Assembly: GCA_937884175.1 (NCBI GenBank)
Contig: CALGDB010000028.1
Span: 1-44,907, forward strand
Direction of reading: 5' to 3'
Source of the DNA: an uncultured Flavobacteriales bacterium
GTDB taxonomy: Bacteria > Bacteroidota > Bacteroidia > Flavobacteriales_D > Sanyastnellaceae
Length of the DNA: 44,907 bases
Below the pieces are notes generated by a model. The model searched no databases, had not been told where the DNA came from, and saw nothing but the letters and a program-made list of their open reading frames with translations. Position numbers and translations under genes: made by a program. This document shows positions 25,700 to 33,235 of this stretch, piece by piece. How positions within the stretch are numbered: position 1 is the stretch's first letter; every line of letters starts with the position of its first letter.

Positions 25700-27985
25700 T
25701 CATTGTATGCGGAAGGTTGCTGATTCGTCAGCAATGTTCAAGGTAAAAACACCGGGCTCAACACGGCTAATGAGGTCCGTGTGTACGAAAGACAGGGAGC
25801 TTACTGGCAATTTGATGCTGTGACTGACCGTCTCACCGGGTCCAATAAAAACGCGGTCGAAATCACGCAGGCGCTGAACACTTGGTGTTATGGAAGCCAC
25901 ATGGTCTTGCGCGTACACCAGTACCAATTCATTTACCGTGCGATCACCGGTGTTTGTGATGTCAATGGTGCCGCAAATGGAATCGCCCACGCTGAAGGTG
26001 GAATCTACAAGCGAAAAATTGCTGTATTCAATTCTTGAGTAGCTCAAGCCATGTCCAAAGGAGTATAGCGGATTGTAGCCACCTGAAGAGGAGCCCGGAT
26101 TGCCGCGTTCAGCGAATTTGTAATCGTAGGTCATGTGCGATGACGGATGGCGCGGCCACGTGAAGGGCAAACGGCCGCTTGGATTGTATGATCCGTCGAG
26201 CACTTGCGCGATGGCTTGTCCTCCATAATCACCGGGCAAGTATGCCATAACCACGGCATCCATCAGCGGTTCGACGTCCGCGAATGTCCGGGGCCGTCCC
26301 TCAATGAACACCCCGATGATGGGTACGTTTAATGCATTCACAGCACGCACCAATTCCTTCTGATTGCTGAACAAACTCAAGTCCTCGTCGTTCCCGACGA
26401 ATTCGGTATAGGGCATCTCGCCCAAGGCCAACACCACACACACAGGTCGTGTCGCTAGAATCGCCCGAGTTACCTCGTCAATGTCATCAGACCCAAAATC
26501 CATGGTCAGTGGGCTGTCAGCAATGCGATCTGAGCCAAAATGCTTTGCCATGGCTTCCGCTAGATGCGGCCGTCCAGGCGTGTTGAAACGCGTATTTGTC
26601 CCCTGCCATGTACCGGTCCACCCGCCGTTCAAGGCGTTCAGGCTATGGGCTGTCGGCCCCGTTACGAAAACGGTACCTGTCTTACCGATGGGCAATATGG
26701 GCCTGTCCGGGTAGACGGCATGCCTACCTTCATTTTTAAGGACCGTGATGGATTCCAAGGCCGCGCGCGCCGCTGGCCCCTCGAATTGTGATTTGTCCGG
26801 GTAGGTATCGATGGCAGGCGGCATACCGGCCGTTTCAAATACCCCCAATTCCCATTTCATATTGAGGATTCGCCGAACCGAAAGATCGATGCGTTCCATG
26901 CTGATCGTGCCCTCTTGCACTAACTCAACCAAGGCTTCGCTGAATTCGAGATCATATGGAACCATGCTCATGTCAATCCCCGCTTCGATGCCCATGCGCG
27001 TTGCCTCTTTGTTGTCTTCGGCAACCATGTGCCGAGTGTAGAGATAGCGAATGTCTTCCCAGTCTGATACCACTACGCCTTCGAATCCCAACTCATCGCG
27101 CAACACGTCGGTAAGCAGGTAACGGTTGGCGTGCACCGGGATACCGTTGATTTCACCACTGTTCACCATAACGGACATGGCTCCTGCATCGATGGCAGCT
27201 TGGAATGAGGGAAGGAAATATTCGCGCAACTCACGTTCTGGAATCCAGGCGGGGGTGCGGTCTTTTCCGGACAACGAGAAGCCGTAACCAAGAAAATGCT
27301 TCAACGTGGCGGCGAATGGAACGTCTCCGTTCTGGTACCCCTCAACCATAGCTACGCCAAGGCGTGAAGCGAGCAGCGGGTCTTCTCCGAAGGTTTCCCA
27401 AAAACGCGGCCAACGCGGATCGCGGCCCAAATCGAGTACAGGCGAAAAATTCCATGGAATGCCGCAAGCGGCAACCTGCTCAGCGGTGGCCGCTGCGTTT
27501 TTTCGAACGAGCGATTCATTCCATGTGGCGGCCAAGCCGATTTGCTGTGGGCCAAGCACCGCCTCAGCCGTGTACGTTGGACCGTGTATAGCATCGACCC
27601 CATACAAAACGGGAATACCCGATGCTTTGTGCGCTGCATGCTCCTGAATCCCAGTGATAAATTCGTGCCATTTCTCTGGCGAATGGGCATGATTTCCACA
27701 ATTGAGGATGCTTCCGACCTGGTAATCCACCAGTGCCTGCATTGCACGCGACGAATCGAGGTGTTGAGGCTCGATGATTGTTTTGTTTTCTTTTTGCAGG
27801 ATGGTGCCCAATGTGAGTTGGGTCATCTCCCCCACTTTAGCTTCCAAACTCATCGTTGCGATGAGGGAGTCAATGAACGCTGTTTTCTCCGTGAACTCGC
27901 CTTTGGGCCCGCCGCTGCATGCACCGAGGCTAAGTAGGAACGTGCCTACCACACAAAGAGTGGTCAATTTGGAGAGAAAGTTCAC
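25700..27985 (-). CDS. GH3 beta-glucosidase (BglX-like) lipoprotein
   Basis: GH3 blocks are present, including the nucleophile region GFEGVVVSDWEDI and, in order along the protein, KHFLGYG followed by the two-domain C-terminal architecture. The track ORF starts at TTG 28051. A GTG at 27985 gives a clean lipoprotein signal (M)NFLSKLTTLCVVGTFLLSLGAC. The start is uncertain. Confidence 0.9.
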   Translation of the reverse strand: MNFLSKLTTLCVVGTFLLSLGACSGGPKGEFTEKTAFIDSLIATMSLEAKVGEMTQLTLGTILQKENKTIIEPQHLDSSRAMQALVDYQVGSILNCGNHAHSPEKWHEFITGIQEHAAHKASGIPVLYGVDAIHGPTYTAEAVLGPQQIGLAATWNESLVRKNAAATAEQVAACGIPWNFSPVLDLGRDPRWPRFWETFGEDPLLASRLGVAMVEGYQNGDVPFAATLKHFLGYGFSLSGKDRTPAWIPERELREYFLPSFQAAIDAGAMSVMVNSGEINGIPVHANRYLLTDVLRDELGFEGVVVSDWEDIRYLYTRHMVAEDNKEATRMGIEAGIDMSMVPYDLEFSEALVELVQEGTISMERIDLSVRRILNMKWELGVFETAGMPPAIDTYPDKSQFEGPAARAALESITVLKNEGRHAVYPDRPILPIGKTGTVFVTGPTAHSLNALNGGWTGTWQGTNTRFNTPGRPHLAEAMAKHFGSDRIADSPLTMDFGSDDIDEVTRAILATRPVCVVLALGEMPYTEFVGNDEDLSLFSNQKELVRAVNALNVPIIGVFIEGRPRTFADVEPLMDAVVMAYLPGDYGGQAIAQVLDGSYNPSGRLPFTWPRHPSSHMTYDYKFAERGNPGSSSGGYNPLYSFGHGLSYSRIEYSNFSLVDSTFSVGDSICGTIDITNTGDRTVNELVLVYAQDHVASITPSVQRLRDFDRVFIGPGETVSHSIKLPVSSLSFVHTDLISRVEPGVFTLNIADESATFRIQ

Positions 27986-28139
27986 GAGGGCGGAGCGCGT
28001 TTTCTGCAGTGAGATTACGCCGGGTTCATTGCTCAGGCGACAGGTGTGCAAGTTACACGCTTAATTTGAGATAGCTGGTAGATTCGGTAGCCTTTTTTTG
28101 CCCCTGCTCGCAGGGCGTTCTATCTTGTCAAATTGCAAT

Positions 28140-30680
28140 ATGGTCCCCATGCAAAAAACAACCCCAATCGCCACATTCATCACTGGAGGATTTTGGTTTG
28201 TCATTACGCTGGCCATTGCCTCATTAACCAGTTGCGAAAGACCTTCAACAGCTACTATTGCTGCCATTAACAACTGGGAACTCTACCTCCCAAAAACAAA
28301 TGAATGGTTGCCCGTAGAAGTACCCGGTGACGCCATGACCGACTTGCTCAAACACAAACGCATACCGGACCCCTATTTTGAAACCTACGAGGATTCGCTT
28401 CAGTGGGTGGAACGGCAAAATTGGGTGTACCGAACACGCGTTTTGGTTTCGGATCATGCAACGGTGTCGGTTCTGCGGTTTGAAGGATTGGACACCTACG
28501 CGAGCATCGTCGTCAACGACTCCCTTGTGCTGGAAACCGACAATGCCCACCGGATTTACGAGGTGGCGCTACCGCCTTCCGAGGATGCTTGGAACCTTGA
28601 GGTAACACTATATTCTCCAGTCGAACGCGGCCAGGCCATCTTGGATGCACAGCCGCGCAACATTCCCGTCAGCAATGAAATGAAACCGATTGGTGAGCAA
28701 ACAAGCAGCGTCACGCGCAAGCCGTATTACCACTTCGGATGGGATTGGGGTCCACGGCTGGTTTCTGCGGGCATCTCAGGTCCGGTCACAATTGTGCCAG
28801 CCGCCCAACCGCAGGCCTCATCGAACCGGATTCAAACCGCAATTGCGGCGGATGGGACGGCCCTTATCACGTACGAGCCAGAGCATGATTGGCCCGCCGG
28901 ATTGTGGACCTTAACCCACCCCGATGGAAATCAAGAACGCATCGGAACGGACCCGACCGGTGGCGCCCACACCATCGTGACACCCGAACTGTGGTGGCCA
29001 AACGGCATGGGCGACCAACCGCTCTACCGATTGACGTGGACACCCGATTCGCCTTCGCTTCATTCGCTTCATTGGAACATTGGACTGCGGACCATCGAAT
29101 GGGTGCGCGAGCCAGACGCTTGGGGCCGGTCGTTCGCCTGTCACGTCAATGGGCTGCGGGTTCAAGCACGGGGCGCCAATGTGATCCCCACGGACTTCTT
29201 TACTGCGCGCGGCAGCGTAAACGAGTTGTCTCGGCTCCAAAGTGCCGTCGATGCCAACATGAACATGGTCAGGGTCTGGGGCGGAGCCTCCTACCCTACT
29301 GAACAGTTTTACCACTTCTGCGATTCCACGGGGCTGTTGGTGTGGCAAGATTTCATGTTCGCTTGCGCCATGGTGCCCAGCGATTCTACATACGTAGCCA
29401 ACGTCACGGCTGAAGCAGAGCACCACGTAAGGCGGCTTCGGCATCGGCCGTCGCTCGCCTTGTGGTGCGGAAACAACGAATCGCAAAAGGCCTGGGACAC
29501 GTGGGGTTGGCCCGATTTATTTGAATTGCACGGTGCCGATTCGATTGCGACGGAGCAGGCCTATGCGGCTGTATTCCACCACGCCCTCCCATCGGTCGTG
29601 AAAAGTGAATCCGATGCCTTTTATTGGCCGTCCTCCCCCTCTCGTGATCCGCAAGCAGCGTATGCTTTGGATTCCGGTGATGAGCACGCTTGGCGCGTCT
29701 GGTTCGATACGCTGGATTTTGACTATTTCTCAGCACATGACGGACGGTTTACAAGTGAGTATGGATTGCAGAGTTTGCCCGATGCCTCAACACTTTCGAA
29801 GGTGGGCATTGGCGCCTTCGAAGACGAGGCGCTGCAATTCAGGCAGCGATCCAAAATGGAATGGTTGAAGCCCGGGCTGGACGGTTGGAGCATGATGCGG
29901 ATCTACGCCCGTCGGTATGCCGCGGACCCCGCAGCGGAAGACCCCCGACACACCCAGTTGGAACGATGGATCTACCTGACCCAATTCACCCAAGCCCTTG
30001 GGCTGCGGGAAGCGCTCGAACGACACCGCACGAGCGATGGACGTTATGCGGGCTCCTTGTACTGGCAGCTGAGTGACGTATGGCCCACCGTATCGTGGTC
30101 CACGGTGGATTATTTCGGACGTTGGAAACTAGCGCACCATGCCGTCAAGCAAGCCAACAAACCCCGGTGCGTTCAACGGGCACACGAGCGCTCCACTGAA
30201 TCATTCGTCGCCTTCAACGACACACCAGAGGCAATTGAACGCACGACACTTGAGGTAGCGTTACTCAATATCGAGGGTGACACGTTGCATGCCGAAAATT
30301 TTACGGTTGATGTGGCCGCCTTTTCCCACTATGTCCTTGAACTGGGTGAAGCCCTCCTCACTTCAAAAGGCATCCTACGCTGGATGTGGAGCGATGGTGA
30401 TGGAAACATTTTCGACGAGGGAACGCACCTGCATAACAAGCCCGCCGAGATAGACTGGCCCGATGCCACCATCGAAACCGCCTGGACAGGGGATTCTTTG
30501 GTACTGACATCCGATCACGTCGCACTGGGGGTACGCCTTCAATTAGAGGGCGTGCAGTTCAGTGAAAACGGGTTCATGCTCTTCCCGAACGAACCCAAAA
30601 CCGTGCGGTTTCGAACCATCCATTCTCAAAATGTGATGCGAGACGCGCTCAGCGTGGAGCATTTTTCCCAGTATCAGTAG
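28140..30680 (+). CDS. GH2 beta-mannosidase-like glycoside hydrolase, lipoprotein
   Basis: ATG at 28140 (track TTG at 28098) with signal ..ITLAIASLTSC. Beta-mannosidase-type blocks are ELWWPNGMGDQPLY and VRVWGGASYPTEQFYHFCDSTGLLVWQDFMFACAMVP. The acid/base region is LWCGNNES and the nucleophile region is RFTSEYGLQS. Confidence 0.85.
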   Translation: MVPMQKTTPIATFITGGFWFVITLAIASLTSCERPSTATIAAINNWELYLPKTNEWLPVEVPGDAMTDLLKHKRIPDPYFETYEDSLQWVERQNWVYRTRVLVSDHATVSVLRFEGLDTYASIVVNDSLVLETDNAHRIYEVALPPSEDAWNLEVTLYSPVERGQAILDAQPRNIPVSNEMKPIGEQTSSVTRKPYYHFGWDWGPRLVSAGISGPVTIVPAAQPQASSNRIQTAIAADGTALITYEPEHDWPAGLWTLTHPDGNQERIGTDPTGGAHTIVTPELWWPNGMGDQPLYRLTWTPDSPSLHSLHWNIGLRTIEWVREPDAWGRSFACHVNGLRVQARGANVIPTDFFTARGSVNELSRLQSAVDANMNMVRVWGGASYPTEQFYHFCDSTGLLVWQDFMFACAMVPSDSTYVANVTAEAEHHVRRLRHRPSLALWCGNNESQKAWDTWGWPDLFELHGADSIATEQAYAAVFHHALPSVVKSESDAFYWPSSPSRDPQAAYALDSGDEHAWRVWFDTLDFDYFSAHDGRFTSEYGLQSLPDASTLSKVGIGAFEDEALQFRQRSKMEWLKPGLDGWSMMRIYARRYAADPAAEDPRHTQLERWIYLTQFTQALGLREALERHRTSDGRYAGSLYWQLSDVWPTVSWSTVDYFGRWKLAHHAVKQANKPRCVQRAHERSTESFVAFNDTPEAIERTTLEVALLNIEGDTLHAENFTVDVAAFSHYVLELGEALLTSKGILRWMWSDGDGNIFDEGTHLHNKPAEIDWPDATIETAWTGDSLVLTSDHVALGVRLQLEGVQFSENGFMLFPNEPKTVRFRTIHSQNVMRDALSVEHFSQYQ

Positions 30681-31120
30681 ACACTCAAGATGGCGTGCCT
30701 CGCGCCGTTGATTTCGAAACACTCTCCTGCTCGTTTACCAAGCATGGCTTGAGCTGCGGGGGATACCGGCGAAAGGGCATAGACCAGTTTGACACCCTCC
30801 ACAGGCAGTTTGCCAAAAGAAATGGAGATGAAATAGATAATGCGCTCGGTTTCGACTGCGGCACCGCGCGCTGCAACTTCGCACGGCGCATCGGTTAATT
30901 GCTGCAACTCCGATTGGTTTCGCAATGCCTTTTCCCGTTGTTGATTCAATTGCTGCAGCTCTTGGTCCATCATGGCGCGCGCCGTTTCGTGCTTATCGCC
31001 TGCTGAACTTTTGGTATCCGCTTGCCTGCTTTCTTGAAGCGCCGCCATGTCCGCTTTTAGACGGTTCAGCGCGTCACGGACACCGGTTTCCATCAACTCG
31101 AGCCAAGCTTTCTTTTTCAT
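30674..31120 (-). CDS. GreA/GreB C-terminal-domain-like protein (Bacteroidota family carrying the KSSAGDKHET motif)
   Basis: ATG at 31120 (track TTG at 31129). It has a coiled-coil N-terminus with ..TKSSAGDKHETARAMMDQE.. and a C-terminal GreA-CTD-like beta segment (..AVETERIIYFISISFGKL..YALSPVSPAAQAMLGKRAGECFEING). From memory, this family is often labelled GreA/GreB family or mislabelled 3-oxoacyl-ACP synthase. Confidence 0.55.
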   Translation of the reverse strand: MKKKAWLELMETGVRDALNRLKADMAALQESRQADTKSSAGDKHETARAMMDQELQQLNQQREKALRNQSELQQLTDAPCEVAARGAAVETERIIYFISISFGKLPVEGVKLVYALSPVSPAAQAMLGKRAGECFEINGARHAILSVY

Positions 31121-31202
31121 GCGAGACAAATCTAAGCCTATCGTTCACCTTCTCAGGTATCGAATGAACCTACAACTCAGCGAAGCAGTTTATTTTTGCA
31201 TC

Positions 31203-32078
31203 ATGTCAAATCGACTTTGTCTTGTTTTGAAATGCATTGGAACGACGGGACTTACCCTTGCATCCGTGCTGACGTTTGGACAGGACTCCTTGTTCATCAT
31301 GCGAGGTACATGGGATCAACTCCCCGAAGCACCTGAAGTGCTTAGGCTGAACACCTCGGCTGATTGGTCCGAGCAAAACCATATCTTCGAGCGTGAAGCT
31401 GGTATTGCTTCGAACCTCGTGATTGTCAATGCAGACACCACGAGCCATGTTTGGGCGCTGCTCATGAGCGGAACCGAAGGGATCACCATTGAACCAGGAG
31501 ATTCTGCGGTGGTCGACTTGCCCGCCCTGCCCATGGGAACCTATCGCTTGGGATTGATCGACGGCGAGGGCAGTGGGTTGGGCGCGCAGAGCATGTTGCA
31601 AGTGGGGCTCCAGTCGGATGGAGACCCTGCATTATTTCATTGGAATTTGTGCGATTGGGAAACCCAGCAGATGGCATCTTGGAGCAGTGGCACGGAGCCT
31701 GATCCAACAGAGGCTTACGTTCCGAATTACTTCTCCATCAACGAGCAAACCTACCCCACGACCCTCGAAGACCCCAATGCCCTCGTCAGCGTCGCTTTGG
31801 GTGACACCTGTTGGATTGCAATAGCTAACCACGGACAAATGGACCACATATTGCACTTCCATGGTTTCCATGTGGAGGTGCTTACGAGCAACCTACAACC
31901 CACCCGAATTGGCTGGTCTAAGGACACCGTTCCCGTGAAAAAAGGAGAAGGCATGACGGTGCAACTGGTTGCCAATCAAGCCGGCATCTATCCGGTGCAC
32001 GACCACAACCTCATCGCAGTGACCAACGCAGGCTTTTACCCGGGTGGCATGATCACGCAAATCATCGTGGACCCATGA
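31203..32078 (+). CDS. Secreted two-cupredoxin protein; the C-terminal domain is multicopper-oxidase D3-like but lacks the type-1 Cys
   Basis: ATG at 31203 gives the signal MSNRLCLVLKCIGTTGLTLASVLTFGQ (alternative ATG at 31164). It has DHILHFHGFH (H-x-x-H-x-H, nt 31845-31862) and PVHDHNLIAV..GGM (H-D-H, nt 31998-32006) where canonical MCOs have H-C-H. There is no CTD. Confidence 0.7.
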   Translation: MSNRLCLVLKCIGTTGLTLASVLTFGQDSLFIMRGTWDQLPEAPEVLRLNTSADWSEQNHIFEREAGIASNLVIVNADTTSHVWALLMSGTEGITIEPGDSAVVDLPALPMGTYRLGLIDGEGSGLGAQSMLQVGLQSDGDPALFHWNLCDWETQQMASWSSGTEPDPTEAYVPNYFSINEQTYPTTLEDPNALVSVALGDTCWIAIANHGQMDHILHFHGFHVEVLTSNLQPTRIGWSKDTVPVKKGEGMTVQLVANQAGIYPVHDHNLIAVTNAGFYPGGMITQIIVDP

Positions 32079-33235
32079 GCACCATCAAGCACATTCTTCG
32101 CACAGTGGTGCTCATCAGCACGGCGTGGCTTGCGACCTCCCTTAACGCCCAACAGCAGCCTCCGCAACTGTTTTCTGGGATGGAGGGGTATACGTTTCTC
32201 CCGGATGGCACACCGGTGCCGATATGGGGATACGGCTGGGTAGCCGACGGGTTCATCACCCTTCCCGCCCCGTTGCTTACCTATTCTGAGGGCGAGTCGG
32301 TGCAGTTGAATTTCACAAACCCAAGTCCTGAGAGCCACACCATCCACTTGCACGGGCTTGATGTCGACCAAGCGAATGACGGCGTCCCCGGAACGAGCTT
32401 TTTGGTGACGACGGGGGACGATGCCACGTATTCCTTCGACGCCAATTACCCCGGTACATTCCTATACCATTGCCACGTCACAACGACCTTGCACCTGACC
32501 ATGGGCATGTATGGCATGGTCTTGGTTACCCGTCCGGACTTCACCTTGTACGAAAGCGGACCTACCTACGCTGAGGATGTTCCCTTGCTGTTCAGTGACT
32601 TAGAAGTCGCCACCAATTTGGATCCGGTGGGCTCCTACCCTTTCCATGACATCCGTCCAGATGTGTTCATGGTCAACGGAGAATCTGGCAGTCAACTAGA
32701 AGCCACTGAGCGCATCGTACACTTTGAGCCGGGCCAGCCGCTCGCACTTCGCTTGGGATCCACGGCCTATAGCCTCGTGGTGTGCCAATTCCCACCGGAA
32801 TTGAATGCTACGTGTTACATGAGCGACGGCCGCCCTCTTCCAACCCCTTTCGAGCCGAATGCATTGGAAGTTTATCCAGGAGAACGCTTCACTGTATTGA
32901 TCGATCCCGATCCCGGTTGGGACGGAACGCTTCCATGTGAATTTTGGAGCATGGTTGATGAAACCCTCGAATCCGTGGAGAACATCCATATTCGAGATGC
33001 TGCACTGACAATTGAAGCACCTCCATTCATAAGTGCAAAGGGCTATCCAAATCCAACACGAAAGCACATCACGTGGGATGATGCACGGCAAATAGAGGTA
33101 TGGAATGCATACGGCGCAACGGTTGCGGACCTTCGCTTCGAACGGGGCGTCCTAGATGTAGCCGGCTGGCCTGTAGGCACCTACGTAGCCCGCATCGACG
33201 GTCGCCGCAGCGTACGGTTCGTCGTTATCGAATAA
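32075..33235 (+). CDS. Multicopper-oxidase-like protein (Cu-ligand-bearing N-terminal domain plus ligand-free middle-type domain) with T9SS type-A CTD
   Basis: The ATG overlaps the upstream stop (ATGA at 32075-32078). The signal is ..AWLATSLNAQ. Motifs are SHTIHLHG (nt 32336-32353), DGVPG and FLYHCHVTTTLHLTMGMYG (nt 32465-32509). A middle-domain-like block reads VYPGERFTVLIDPD. The CTD is YPNPTRKHITW..VWNAYGATV..GTYVARIDGRRSVRFVVIE. Confidence 0.8.
   Translation: MSTIKHILRTVVLISTAWLATSLNAQQQPPQLFSGMEGYTFLPDGTPVPIWGYGWVADGFITLPAPLLTYSEGESVQLNFTNPSPESHTIHLHGLDVDQANDGVPGTSFLVTTGDDATYSFDANYPGTFLYHCHVTTTLHLTMGMYGMVLVTRPDFTLYESGPTYAEDVPLLFSDLEVATNLDPVGSYPFHDIRPDVFMVNGESGSQLEATERIVHFEPGQPLALRLGSTAYSLVVCQFPPELNATCYMSDGRPLPTPFEPNALEVYPGERFTVLIDPDPGWDGTLPCEFWSMVDETLESVENIHIRDAALTIEAPPFISAKGYPNPTRKHITWDDARQIEVWNAYGATVADLRFERGVLDVAGWPVGTYVARIDGRRSVRFVVIE

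Noticed and set aside
28102-28115. Short hairpin CCCTG-ctcg-CAGGG preceded by a T7 run in the GH3/GH2 divergent region.
   Set aside because: It has only a 5-bp stem. The T-tract is on the wrong side for a terminator on either strand, and the element overlaps the alternative TTG-initiated 5' extension of the GH2 ORF. That is too weak to call regulatory.
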